From assembly GCF_964355755.1 (NCBI RefSeq), contig NC_092671.1:9672001-9736000 (forward strand): a stretch of DNA of 64,000 bases. Direction: 5' to 3'. The notes below the pieces were generated by a model that had not been told where the DNA came from, made no database searches, and saw only the letters and a list, made by a program, of their open reading frames with translations. How positions within the stretch are numbered: the first letter of the stretch is position 1; every line of letters begins with the position of its first letter. This document shows, in pieces, positions 49,808 through 64,000 of this stretch. Origin of the DNA: Antedon mediterranea. Taxonomy: Eukaryota; Animalia; Echinodermata. The position numbers and the translations under genes are program-made.

Positions 49808-52800
49808 GTAAGTTGCAAATTTATTTTTAACCTTTGTTTCTTGTACAAAATATTTTTATAAAAAAAAGTGTTACCAGCCAGGTTTTTATTGAGAAGTAGT
49901 AATAATGTCATTCTTACTGTTTCGTATATACTTATATAGTAGACTTCTATATGGTCTTTTATGTTTTAGACCTTCAGAAATACGAGAGATGCCTTTCAGG
50001 TTTGCCATAAGATATAATTTAATTAAATAATCAGGATAATTTAGTGCAGTGGTCCATCCGTGGGCATGCTTATATCGATGCGAGCTCTCAGTTATATCAT
50101 ATACAGACCATAATGTCAATTCAGCGAATTCGTTGATTCTATAATTATGTTGCAAACTTTTATTTAGACAGTGAGACCAAATGAATGAGTGCAGACAGAT
50201 GAATTTACTGACATATAGTATTCTAATTTAAACTGAAGAATTATGGAATTTATAATTTAGAATTCTCAAATAGAAATATAGAAGAACGAAGGCATTAATT
50301 AATTAATTTTACACTTAATTTCTGGTTGGTAGACTATGAGTCATACTCATCATCTCAACTTAACGACAGGCCAACGCTAAAAACCTCTAAAAAGTTTTAG
50401 GAGCTTTTTAATGTGCAGTCATCTGCTTTCCATTGTTCGGTTCCTCGTACAGGATCGCTGCATCCTATCACTCTATAGTATTGTACATTACCGTCTATAA
50501 CATGTCAACGTGAAGTTGATTTTTCAATTTAGGATGGAATTTATATAAACACGTTCGTTTTAAATGTGTCAACAAAGATGCTTTCTAAGCACGTAGGGTT
50601 AACTGAATGTGTTAATAACTACTAATAGTTTTTAATGGAAAATAAATTATGAAACGATGTTGACATGTGAAACACATGGAGTCGTGTCTTCGCCAAAAAC
50701 AAAACCACAGACATTTGAAATACAATTAAATGTTCTGAATTGAAGAATATACAGAGACCTAACAGGTATTTTTATCAACAATAACAATATTTAATGTCAC
50801 CCCGTATGTTAAGACCCAAATGCATGGTCACTCACAGGGGTCGAGTGGTAATACGTACTCGACGTCTACCAATCTCAATCATTGCTGCTTTAGATCTTTC
50901 AAAGACAAAATAATTCCACACACCAGACTTGTTATAACTGGAGGTATTTGTATGGCTTGTCACGTAGTATGTATATCAGGACAGAGAATGAATCGCGCAG
51001 CCCGCGGCTAGTTCTGCCAATGCGCTTAAATCAAATATTAAATGAAGAATAAGAACTACAAAATACTGACATTGAAATTATGGGATATCGGTCGCAAAAA
51101 GGTTATAATATGTTTTTAGGCCTACAAAAAATTCTGAGGAGGACAAATAATTGATTTGAATCCCATTTGCGACTTTAAACTTAGCGTAGGACGGTATCTT
51201 TTGCCAATGTTATGATCGGTACCAGTGGAAAATTCACACACTACTTTGAAGTAGCGATATACTAATTTAGTGTTTTGAATTCTAAAATTACTATTAACAC
51301 GTTTGTGCTGATCCTTTGTATTGGAATCCTTTCATTCAATGTGTGTACCGATTGATTGAAACATTGGGAACTTCGAAATATGAAATAAGCCGAAATTAGT
51401 CATGTCAAACTTGCAGTTAGTAGTGTCTTTAAAGGTTTGGTTAAGCATGTAAAATAAATTAACACATTTTCATTTTGTTTGTGAAAAGTTAACACGTCTC
51501 TTAACACTTACAAAAATTACAAATAGTCATCTATTATTTTCTCATGGTATAAACCAAGAAATCTATAATTTATTAAGACTGTTTTATGAGAGCTTGCCCT
51601 TGAGCAATAATTGTTATAATCGAAGACGTGTTCTTTTGGAAGTTTTATATTTAATATAATTATTAAACAAAGTGTACTAGTTAAATCCGAACCTTTTGAG
51701 AGTTCGAGTGTCCGATTGAGCAGCTATAAACATTAATGGAATATTCTGACTTGCTTGATCGTAAATTCAACTGAGTTGTGATGTTTTTAATTCATTAAGA
51801 AACTATATGTACATGTTAATTGAAACCAACTTTCACATTTATTTTTTGTTTATGGATGTTGAAATAACGAAAAATTCACCCGTTTTCAAACAACCACATA
51901 CCGAAATAACTTTCTTATTAACAGCAACACTACATTAGTTTATTTACTTTAAGATTGCATTACATTCCCTACAACACGATGTACTGTATTTTTTTTAAGA
52001 AAATGGTTCTCGGTATTTGAAAACAATAGTTTATGTTTAAATAGTATTTTGAAGAAAGTTCCGTAATACAGGGTCATATATTCGTCACATGTTACAAGTG
52101 ATTATAAGGAATTATTTGTTAAAGGTAGGCCTAGGGTAAAAAATGTCACATGTCACACTGAATGTTACATAATAATAGCTTTCTAGTTGTAATAGATTTC
52201 ATATCCCTACACTTCCCATAAAATGTCATTCGTGCCCGCATTCGTGCTGTCATCTTTCTGGCGGACATAAGGTCAAAGGTCGTAATTCCGATTACAAACT
52301 TGACTGCATGTTTATTGAATAACTGTCGTTAATAACTGTCAGTTGTTATATACACAATCATCCCTGTATCTATTAAAAGTTTGACTTATCTTTTACCCTC
52401 TAGAATTATCAGTGTTTGGAGTAAATATTGGTTACCTTAAAATCGATCGAGTCAATATTAAACAGGCTATGGGATATGGAGTTATCTCATTATTAAACTA
52501 AGTCCAATACGGTAACTTTGAAAACTGTATTATCTGCATTAAATAACTGTGTATATATGCATATTATAGTTTAAATACTATATTGCTGAAAGATTTTGCT
52601 AATGGGGACGGAAGAAAGATTCAGGGTAAAGTTTTGTCTACACTATCAAACTAGTTTGACAAACAGTGTGACGTACCCAAATAATGGTAGTAATACGCTT
52701 AAATATGGTAGTGTTGTTTGGTTCAGATCTACGACCACCCGAATCACTTTATTTAACTATTTCAAATAAACTACGCTGTTAATTAATTTAATTACATTGA

Positions 52801-53338
52801 GAAGGTACTATAAGTTCTCTTCTTATCACACACACTTCAACGTGGCATTTCAAAGAAAGAAATCGTGTTGTCTCAGTCACTGGTTTATCGTTATTTTACA
52901 ACAAGAAAGTTATTTAGAAGCTAATATAATTATCTCGGAATTTCCAATCTGTTTTGGATGTAGCCGACATCTATAACGAATCAGTGGCATTGAAATAGGT
53001 ATATTAAAACAATTAATTAGGCCTAGTTATTAAATGCCTTGTGGGTTTAACCGTGCAGGTAACGTCTATAAAGCTCTGTCTACACCATCAAACTAGTTTG
53101 ACAAAAAAAGGTGATGTACCCAAAAATGGTTAATTATAAATTAAATGGTTAAATTCAACCAAAAATCCATTGGCTTTAAATTACAGTTTTTTAAGGTAAC
53201 GAATTTTTTGTGTGGATAACTACCGTATTATGTGACATTAAAATGGCAATAATTATTTTTTCAGGGGGACAATAAATCTTTAACAAAGGCTATACATCTT
53301 TATATAAAAAAAACACTATTTAGCTTACTAATATGACC

Positions 53339-53450
53339 AACGTTATTACTCTAGCTAACGCATAATTAAGATGTTGACACTCTACCTCTATTCAACGTTA
53401 TTACTCTAACTAACGCCTAATTATGACTTTGACACTCTACCTCTATTCAA
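53339..53450. repeat. Tandem duplication, 2 x ~55 bp
   Basis: aacgttattactcta.ctaacgc.taatta.ga..ttgacactctacctctattc occurs twice. Confidence 0.85.
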
Positions 53451-56400
53451 TAAACTTGTGGTAAGTTTATGTACATAATTACACATTTACTGTAAGACAA
53501 ACTACTTCAAACGTAATGTGTGCACATCAACAATATACTACAAGTATAGGCACCTTTGACAAATATTGGGTGCGAAATGACTACATCATGATCAAACCCC
53601 GTAGCAGGCATTATTGTGTTAGGTTGTGGGTGGGGAGGGCGGGGGGGGGGGTGTTCTTTCTCCACAAAATTAAAAATAATAATTAATGGTAAAATATATA
53701 TAGGCCTAACGTTTTTTTTAAAGTTTTAATGAATAATAATAATCACGTTCGCCTATTTGTAGGTACATTTTTTAATGTTTATACAGTATATGTTTGTATG
53801 TACGCCATTTGGAAAATGAATTTCTAACATATTTTATGATGGACCAATAAATATTATCTTATCTTAGATAGACAATGACGGGAATTATGATGGAATGAAG
53901 ATGGCCATAAATTATAAATGAGAACGATTATGATTATGATTATTACTTTGAAAGATGATGAAGAGAAATAAGCAAAGATATGTGTAGGTATTCCATGCCT
54001 AAATCAAAAACTTTAGAATCATCTAGGCCTAGTAGAGAAGAGTTAATCTAACCTGTGTCTTCTAATTATAGTGAGTAATACTCACAATTCATATTAACAA
54101 TTTGTAATCATTTGTCTTTACACTTTACAAATCATTTAATAAGTGATAATAGACAGGTGTTGTTCTAGGACACCATGTGCTTTGTTGTAAATCAAACGAA
54201 AAAAAAATATGCTTACGTCACAGTCATAACTAACTTTACAATGCGTATACCTATTTAGGCCTATACTATTTTTTGTGGATAAGTTAAGTTTGCCTCTATA
54301 TTATTAAGACTAGTAGGCCTACATGAGTAATACTAATAGAAATTCAATAACTTTGTTATGAAGGTGTATACCCATATGAGTTTACCAGGAAAGAGTAGAG
54401 TATTTCTGGATGTAAATTTATTGAAGTTTGAGCCCGTCCGTTGTTAATTCTTGATATAATATTGATAACGAAAATAATGTTTAAATTATACGACATTAAG
54501 TGTTATCGGTGAAGCTAAGTTCATGGTCACATTTTACACTCGTATCATGATAACATTGAACATTGGTTAACATTTTGATAGTATCACAAGTGGACTTCTA
54601 ATTCCTTTAAATCGATAAATACTGGGGACCATAATCGTTAAATATATAGGTCTACTAGGTTTTAAGCATGGTCCTACATGTTTCATTATAAATACAGTAT
54701 TGTGAACACCATTCACGGAGGAACTTATTATTATTATGTTACACTCTTCCCTGATGTTTTGACCAATGCCTTAACGTCCTATCCAAATGACGGGTGGAGA
54801 TTGCATTTCTAATGTGCCTATTTCGTCCTTGCCGTTCTAAATTTATTTAGATATGTCGAATTTTTGCCTATATTTTAAAATTTTAAAATTTAAATTTAGG
54901 ACAATTCAGTTTATTTTTATTTTTTTAATAAACCAGACAAAAACTACATATCCAGAGATTCAACTTGTCTGCTAGGCCTATTTGGGCCATTAAATGCATA
55001 GCCTGAAACCCAGGCCGTAGGGCATGCAGGTATGGTTTATACATTTCAAGGGTCGATAAAAACATTCGTCTGTAAATCTGTCAAATGTGTTGGTATTAAT
55101 TGTGACAGTTGGATTGTGCCTTGACAAGATTACATCATGTAAACGGGGGCTTATGGCCAATAAATAATAACAGGGAGCTGTAAATCAAATGATAGCAACA
55201 TTACAACCCTACCACATCATAAAGCATTAGTGAAATGTAGCCTATACGAATTGTATTATTATGAATTCAAAATCTAAACAGTTAAATCTAGGACACTCAG
55301 TCTGGATTACCGAACAAGAATTACTCATGATGAAGATTAATCGTCCTCATTATACTCGAATCGATCTCATAGGCATGGGTGTACTATACCGGGTACAGTC
55401 AATAATATGACGAATCTCTACAGTATAATCATACTTTAACTGGATCAAAGTATTAACGTATAATATCTGATGATTAGATACAATTTCTACTGCTGTATAT
55501 GATGACATACAAAACAAACGGTCTCCGCTCTCTTTTCTATCAATATTATTCTTTATTAGGAAATCTATAAATCCTGTTTTTAAAAAAAGATCTTATCGTT
55601 AAAAAAAATTCAAACAAGGAAAACATAAAGGTGAGAACTTATAGGTTATTTTTGTTATCAACTCCCTGAGAAAAGAATGGATTGTATTGAGATCTTAGAT
55701 GATTCAGAAAATTAAATAACAAATTGATATATTAGGCTATAACAATCTACGATCCTATAATACGCATTGGTTATCGGCCCAAATATGTACCGGTAGGTAT
55801 GGGTATAAGAACAGGCCTCTTTCAGATATTTCTTTATATATAGGCCTACCGGTAGGCCTATAGCTTTTCAGTCTTATAGGCCTAGGTGTTTATTTTAACT
55901 GATGGTACTGAAATCGGTAATGAAAAAACACTTTACCGTTGGTAAGTTTATCTATTTGAAATGATAACTGTATGTAACGTTCGAAAGAAATGGCGTGAGT
56001 CGTATTCTATAATATGGTTGTGTCGTAGGCCTAATTGATAATTTACAACTCGTGCAATGAGGTTAAACTCGTATGAAAGCCATTAACCTCACAGATAGGT
56101 CGTGCTAACTTTGTAGTCTTTTGGGTACTGATTAGACCTATACAATGTGTTAATTTTCAGAAAACAACATTAAATTTTAATAAAGGTCTAATTAAAATAT
56201 TGTGGTTACACGGAGTCTAAAGAGAATCCGTTCGTTTGAAATTAAATTAAGGCTTATCATTTAGAATAATAATTAATTTCCAACGAATTTATTAGCAATT
56301 ATATTATAATATTTTAGGCCTCGGTATAGTATTAGTACTACTAGTATAGTAAAGAAAAGTTACTAAATAGACCTATCGTCATTATTTACAAATTATTGCT

Positions 56401-57496
56401 TGATATATTTCATCAAATAGGTTGTGAAAATAGACTCAATCATGAGATAGCATGCTGTCGTTAAAATGTGGTTAAGTTGAGTGCCTATAAAAATAAAGTG
56501 CGAGACCAAAGCATTTACCTAATTATGAGGTCAATGAACTCGTTTATTTACTCGATGTCTCATTAGGTAGAAAAAAAATAACAATGTCTTATTTGGTGAT
56601 GTCACCGGGTTTATTTAGTACAGTACCGTACAGCCTTGTGTTTGGTTCTCACTATAGACGTAACGCAAGGACGTAACGCAACGTGAGGTTTTCGACCAAT
56701 CACAGGTGATGGATTATTCGATCTGTTGCTTGTCATTGGTCAACTCGCTTGCGTTGCGTCTACGTTCTTGCGTTGCGTCTCTAGTAAGAACCAATCTTAA
56801 CTTAGTATTGCGTGCATAAACATGGCCTGCTTTTAGGTAGTTATATATTATTATCTAAGTTATTTATAAACAAACAAACAAACAATTAATAACAATAGTG
56901 TTTGAACTCACCCACTAAATTTTCAAAATCCTAGCTCATGATGCTACTTTTTATTAATACTTTCTTTTCAAAATTTTTTTTATATTTATTAAATTACGCC
57001 ATTTTCCGATTACTTTAAGAATATGCTCATGTGCTAAAGTATGTGCTACATAACAATAAACATTATTATCAATGTATATTATTGGTACCGTAAATTATAA
57101 GTACTTTACTCTAATAAACATTAAGATTAAAGATTCTGAATTTGTATATTGGAACCAAGAATTATATAATTCCATAAAACAGACAACCAATGGAAAAAAT
57201 AATTCAAAAGACCTCTGATACAAAGCGCCACCGTTTTACAATCAAAACGTGTTCATTCATAAAGTAAATACAATACCATGTAAATATTTTCACCTCAACA
57301 AAACCTTGATGAATGACAAGCAGTTTAGCAAGAACCGTCATTGTTATCACGCCTCTGGGACTTACGGTTTTAAGATTTATTTATTTTTTAAACGTAATAA
57401 TACAAAATGGAACCATTATTTCGGATTCGAGTTACATATTGTTGAAGTATTCCCAATGCGTGTGCACAATTAATGATTATGAAATATACTTGACGT

Positions 57497-57682
57497 AAAG
57501 CTCTGTCTGCACTATCAAACTTTATGTGACAAAACAAATGTGATGTGCCCATATGGATATGATGTCATATCACTACTATATTTGGTCATATCACTACTAT
57601 ATTTGGGCATATCACTACCATATTTGGTACATACATCACACTTTTGTCAAACTATAGTTTGATAATGTAGACAGAGCTTTAA
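57497..57682. mobile_element. MITE (TIR aaagctctgtctacactatcaaact) with internal short repeats
   Basis: aaagctctgtctgcactatcaaact...agtttgataatgtagacagagcttt with internal catatcactactatatttgg repeats. Relatives lie at ~46688-46752, ~52630-52710, ~53070-53130 and ~62500-62659. Confidence 0.82.
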
Positions 57683-58976
57683 GTTCCTTTTTAAATAGTG
57701 GGTTCGTCATAAAATCGAAAGCAGCCTATGAATAAAATGTATAACTGTAAGTACTGTGGGGATTACGGTACTGTGTACTTTTAACTCATCAGCATTAATA
57801 TTAGTTCTCTTGGCATGTAGCAGGTAGGGTATCTAAGTAAAGCATTACCTAGGCCTAATAATCCCAGATTTTTGAAATAATGCAATCGATGGATTAAGGC
57901 AAAGCAAAGCACCTCATAACAGATGTTTGTTACTTTGAAATTCATCATTTCATAATCTTTATACCGGTTGTTGGTGTTAGTTATAAACTTGTTAGATTAC
58001 ATGTTAAATTACTTTTTAAATCGAGGATTGGATTGAATTACGAATGGTATGTAGAGTTAACCTGGTGACAGAAGTGTTCATTCTAAGTTCAAACTTATTT
58101 CAAGATATAAAAATCATTTCTATAACAGTGACATCGGCCTATGTGTGTTAAGGTTGTGCCTGTTACCATTGCTTGTCATGAAACAGCCAATCGAATGAAA
58201 TAACACAAAATATTTAAAAATAAAAATGCTCTAATGGTTAATGGTTTTAAATTGCATGAAACGTAGCCACAATCTAAGCATCCAATGCTACTCGTTGCCT
58301 ATACCTGTTGGTTGTTATGATTATGTTTTTTTTCCGCTCTATCACACTGATTTCTTTCGAAGTTATATTTACATAGAAGATGCCGTATTGCATGATTCTG
58401 ATTACCAGAAGCAGTCGATAGGCCTATATCTCGTTATCCTATTTATGATGTAAATTATTATTGCCCTGACAGTTAGCTAATAAACTGTTTGTTTATCTCA
58501 AGCCTGTGACGTATCAATCGTCATACGCGATTTACGAAGTTTACAATTTATAAATTGCTTTATGGTACTAAATAATGTTTATAGCAGTCTCCTATCTAGA
58601 TTTGATACACGCTCAGCAGCTATTAGGTAAAGAAACGTCCGGCCCATTAACCGAATACATTAACTCAAAAGCCTTCCTCATCCCTATACTCTAAAAATGT
58701 ACACACAATTTATTCAATTCTGAATGTACCATTATGGTATAGTATCCTCCCACTTCAAATGAAATCTGGAGATTAATTACATAATGAATTTCTGAAGTGG
58801 GATGAATCTGACTCCTCTCAACAAATGGAATTTCATTATTATTTAAATATTGATACATAGGGGCCTACTTATAAACACTATTTAATACTTTTTCATTCAG
58901 ATTACAATAAAGCGTTGAACCTGGACTTGTCCTTTAATTGTATTGATGATGTACGGTACAGTACAATCATTTTTGC

Positions 58977-59151
58977 CTCCATTGTCACTACCCTGAGTAG
59001 GCCTAGGTCCATGGGTAACTCCATTGTCACTACCCTGAGTAGGCCTAGGTCCATGGGTAACTCCATTGTCACTACCCTGAGTAGGCCTAGGTCCATGGGT
59101 AACTCCATTGTCACTACCCTGAGTAGGCCTAGGTCCATGGGTAACTCCATT
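58977..59151. repeat. Minisatellite, 4 x 42 bp
   Basis: ctccattgtcactaccctgagtaggcctaggtccatgggtaa repeated four times perfectly. Confidence 0.95.
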
Positions 59152-62100
59152 TCTACCTCTACCTCTACCTCTATTCCAGTTAAAACTATACTGGATTTGG
59201 TGCAGATGAAAACAGCACTTCCCCATAACTGTAAAATCGACAAGGACAGAATTTGATTCCAGTTATTCACCATATAAAATCCAGAGAAACACCCTGAAAA
59301 GAGTAACATATAAAGGAAACGACAATCTTGAATTGTAGTGGCCCATCGGATGTTGAATTGTTTTCTTTTCAAAGTACAATGGGAAACGTTTATTTTCAAT
59401 TAAAACCTGCCCAAGTAGACTTTATAATTTAATGAATTGTAATAATATTATTTCAGATCTGGTACAAAAACATCATTGTTCTGTCATAAAGTGAAACGAT
59501 TGTTATCAGACGAAATAGATCCTCGCTTAATCATGATGCCTAAATAATCTGTGCATGTCGTTTATCTTTTAATCGGTTTCAATTTTTTTTTTTTATTGTT
59601 TTTACGGTATCATTTCCAGTGGATCTAGGCCCTCCATATCTAATGAATGTGAAGCAATTAAACATAGAGGTCACATAATTGACCTTGGATATGATATTTC
59701 CGGTTACTTACTATTGAAACAAGTTAGCTAACTAACTTATTTCTCTATGGTTGCACAACATTTGACGATCATCACAATCGTTATCCAAATTGTAGATACA
59801 GCTGTTTAAGTGGTATTATTAATATAGGGATGATTATTTACTCTGTGGTTAAATTAAATTGGGGTTACTCAAATTTATTAACTATCCAAACACTCTATCT
59901 CAATGTATGCCGTTGGCATTTTCTTCATAAATGAAGTTTTCTGTTTTCCTTTTTTTTATAATCTTTCAACTTTTTCTACTAACTGTACTCTACAGTACTG
60001 CTGTAATGAATATTTATTAGTTAAATGAGGAGAATATTTTCTTTTACGAGATTGAATAAAATTAAAGAGGCGGAGCTTCGCAATAAATAGGACAGTCACA
60101 GGTCAATCACTGTTCTATTTTAATGTAAACTTCCTAAAACATTCATTTCCCCCATCTTATCTTGAATCTACGTTTCACAAAATTTCAATTTCTTACAAAA
60201 ACTGCCGTGTAATAGAACCATTAAATAGAATAGGCAATTGAATAATAACTTTTACCGATACAATAGAACTAATACTGAAAGACTGTGATACAAAATTAAC
60301 CAATTAAATGGCAACTAATGGATAGGCCTACACTCAGGTGCAGTTAATCTAGACTAATTCATGCATGGTTTACCCAATGAAACTATTTCATGAATTACTA
60401 TAGGCTTACTTTATTTAGGGCACTGCATTATTGACGATAGGTAAAAAAATACCATCGTTGATAGTTATTTTACACGAATCTGATAGCCAGACAACAGTAA
60501 ACACCAACCGAGAAGAACGCAAATTCGGCAACTAGTACCGTAATTAACGTTAGCCATATTTGAAAATAAACGACTAAAGTTGGTTTAAAAATGATCTTTA
60601 ATATTAGCACAATGATTGTAAAACCATAATCGCTTAAACTCTATTTGTATAATATTGATCGGAAAGTACTCAGATATACACGGTAGCTTTGGCGGCGAGT
60701 GGATTGCGTGAACCATGCGTGAACTTCGTGGGCGTAAAGGACATGTTCAGTGTGGTAAATTTACATCTTAGTTTGTTTATAGATAATGATTTGTAGAAAA
60801 AGACAAAGGGGGAAGAAGAGAAGAAGATTTGCAGAATGTAATTTGGTATCAGTAGTTTGCCCCCACCGGGTGAAACAAACAATTAATGCTAATACTGTAT
60901 AAACATGCTATAGTTGCGTGGTACACCATATAATATTTATGGCGTTTTGGTTTTTGGGTGCTCCAAGTAGACTTTTAAAGAGAACATTTTTATCGACACC
61001 AATAACAATCAGTGCTAATTGTCCTATATGAAATGATAAGACGTCACCGTTAGATTATTCGACAAACCATGGAGAAATAAGTATTTCTCCATAGATAAAC
61101 AGACCACCAAAATGTATATAGTTGTATTCACATGGTAATAATATATACTGTAAAGTAATCAAATGGTAATCAATCGAAGGTTGAACTCTCTACCACCCTA
61201 GTCTAGTTTTAATCCATCGAAATACTACAAGACAAGAGGATGCGGCCAAACAAAAACATATTATTCAGATATTTTGCCCTCTCTGACGTAATTTGTACCT
61301 GGCATTTTCGCCAAATCTGTGATAAATGTTCCAATATAAATCAATCATAAATTTGTGAGATTACTGGTGGATGGACTCCTTCTGAGATTAGTCGGTTGAC
61401 CGGAAATCGCGTTTCCATAAGGCACGCGCCGTCAACGTATGTCCAGACTGTCGTACATTAAAATGTGCTCATCTTCCTGGCGGTCGGATGACCATGGCTT
61501 CTATTTTCACCTGTTGTTTTCTTTCTAAATCATGAAAATTCTAATGAGTATTTTACAGCAGTTTTTTGCACAACCTATTATTCTTAATATCGTCCCAACG
61601 GGAAACGTATGCCAAACGTATACAATACTAATAACTAGGCCTACTGTATTGTCATTATTACTTTACCATGTTGTCGCCTCAACACACCCCACCGCTGAGA
61701 ACCCATCCCTATGAATCTCACCACACCGAGGTAAAGGCCAATCATGGAGAAATAATTTAGAAAATAAACATTAGGCCTACCACTTGACACATTTCCCACG
61801 CTTAATATTGCCGCAAATGTGTATGTGGAGACTTTTATTCTGCTTTTTAGCTAATTTCATTATTAAAAAAGATTAAATAGGTTTAATAATACCGTAATAC
61901 TTTATTAATATTAATAGTAATAATTTTATAATAATTAAGTTATATTATTACTACAAATATCTTTTGTAGGCAAAGTGTTAAATCATAGGGAAAGGAACGA
62001 AAACGGTTATCCTATCCACCGTTTCTTAAATTCTCAATCCACACCTTGCCCCCATAATTCATATTCAGAATTTAATACAAGTTTATGATCGGGACAGATA

Positions 62101-62722
62101 TTTGAGATCGGTTTACTTGATGTTCAATTTCATACACAATTAACTCTAACACATGTATCGCATTTGGGTGTGACGGCAATGCCTCGTTGTATTCATCTGT
62201 TCCTTAAGGACAACATTTTTGTCTATAGCTACCGTATTTGTATTGGAAACTCTAGTTATGTGTCCAAATCCTGGTAAGGTCGCAACATGTTGTTAATGCT
62301 GTTAATTTTCGATTTATATTGGTGCAAGATAATTACTTGTTGTCGTATATTACATTAGCCAAATAGCTCGTCTTAAAAATTAAAAGATGTTAAAATATAG
62401 GTCTACATGAATTCGTTAAGTCTGTTTTTCCTATAATTAAAATAGGAATTATTCGCAAAAATTTAACACGCCAGCCTATGCTCATGCGCATATTATTTAG
62501 CTATGTCTGCAATCACACTTTGTGACAAACAAATGTGATGTGCCCATATATGGACATGATGATGTCATACCACTACCATATTTAAGCATACCACTACCAT
62601 ATTTGGGCACATCACACTTTTTTTTATCAAAATACATTGATAGTGTAGACAGCGCTTTAGATTAATACTTGTAGGTTAAACAATTATGAAAAATTATCAA
62701 TGTTTCTACTATCAAAAATTAA

Positions 62723-62803
62723 TATAGGCCTACCTAGTTATAGGCCTACCTAGTTATAGGCCTACCTAGTTATAGGCCTACCTAGTTATAGGCCTACCTA
62801 GTT
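62723..62803. repeat. Minisatellite, 5 x 16 bp
   Basis: tataggcctacctagt repeated five times. Confidence 0.93.
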
Positions 62804-64000
62804 TCAAGTGTCATAGAAATTGTATATAAAACATGAAATCAAACATTTGGCTCACCTGATCAAACATCTAATATCTAAACAAGTATTTACATTCATGATA
62901 TATAGAGATTGTCTAACGATCACGTGATGGGATTATATGTAGGCTTTATATCTTTTTTTTTAATTGACTATAATTCTTTAAGAACACCATTATTAAGGGG
63001 ACACACATATTAGTGGTAAAGTTTCCTTTGAAACGAACAAGAAGAAATACAAAGTGTTAACACTTTGTGAAATTCTAAAATGAAAGAAGCAGACATAGGT
63101 CTGTGCCTACCAGACATACAACCCTTTATTTTCTTTAACAGAAATTGCGAACATGTCTTAATGTCATGTGCAGCGCAATTATTTTAGTTAAGTACGTAAA
63201 CATAACAAAAAGTGTTTACATTCAGATTTAGAATTATTCATTGCAGAGATAGGCTAGCATGATTCTATATTGTCACGAGAATCTTTAGTTGTTGGGTTAA
63301 GAGCCGATGCAGATGATGCTTTTTGACCTGGCACATTTAATTGTATTTGACAAAAAAATGTTTAATCGGGGATCCCTGGTTCAATATTGTTGCCGTGTCC
63401 CTTCTTATTAGGGTGTCTTACGAACATTGGAAGTGAATAGGAGATTCATAGGGGTTACCATGTACCTCGAAATAAATGCAAGCGCGATTGGGTTAGCCTT
63501 ATGTCGTCAGTAGTACCAGAAAGACATCAGTTGAGGCGCACTGTGAGTTCGCGAGCGCATGCATAATTTGAACTGACCAGGGAGTTGTTATTTGGTCTAT
63601 GATTCAATAACATGGTACCTAAAAAAGGGGTCGTGGCGGGGGGGGGGGTCTACAGAGGTCAAAGTAGATCGTATCCGTTATTGCTACATACTAACCAAAA
63701 TATTGTTTAAGTCTCAAACAATAATTCGGAAAGTCTATATAAAGATAGACAACAATATCGACAACATTTGACCCCAGTGTTTCCTTCCTCATTATAGTGT
63801 TGTTTAGTCGTTCACATTTTATAGCCAATTAATGTCATATAGCTATTGTTGGAAATAACAAAGTAATGATCATGAAGTTAATAAGATCAACCTTCGTTCA
63901 AGGATCTGGTATTTTTTATTTACTAACACACCACAAAATGCAATATAATGTATGTATACCATAAACAGAAGAGATAATGTTTATATTAATGGGCATGACG

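Noticed and set aside
58897-59399. Repetitive ORFs on both strands
   Set aside because: They come from a perfect 42-bp minisatellite that happens to lack stops in several frames; no convincing splice sites link them to the NtA gene.

Overview
This is AT-rich metazoan genomic DNA with spliceosomal introns, probably from a marine invertebrate deuterostome such as an echinoderm (inferred from DeuSINE-type repeats and gene content). The main finding is absent from the supplied ORF track. A single minus-strand reading frame starts at ATG 8265 with a signal peptide and appears to stay open off the left edge of the window (at least 2755 codons, one exon). It encodes a giant, apparently secreted, highly basic His/Arg/Tyr/Trp-rich protein. 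Its modules are an R/Y/W/H-rich N-terminal region, ~7 near-identical 81-aa repeats, ~32 strictly in-register 36-aa repeats that are nearly half histidine, and a further ~76-aa repeat. It is a candidate metal-binding or adhesive structural protein. The many Met/Val-rich plus-strand ORFs in 1-8 kb are its antisense shadow. Other genes: a 3-exon carbohydrate sulfotransferase (CHST11-like), an intronless ORF with a CCDC190-like C-terminus, a 14-exon cytoplasmic aspartyl-tRNA synthetase (DARS1) with a tRNA-Ile(AAT) gene just upstream, a 2-exon conodipine-like secreted PLA2, a 10-exon SV2-like MFS transporter, and the first coding exon of a secreted NtA-domain protein followed by a >14 kb presumed intron. 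Repeats include an L2/CR1 LINE 3' fragment, DeuSINE-like SINEs (one split by a tRNA-Asp-like insertion), a Helentron-type non-autonomous element, several MITE families, minisatellites and a strong excess of the palindrome TAGGCCTA. Exon boundaries were read by eye and may be off by a few bases.
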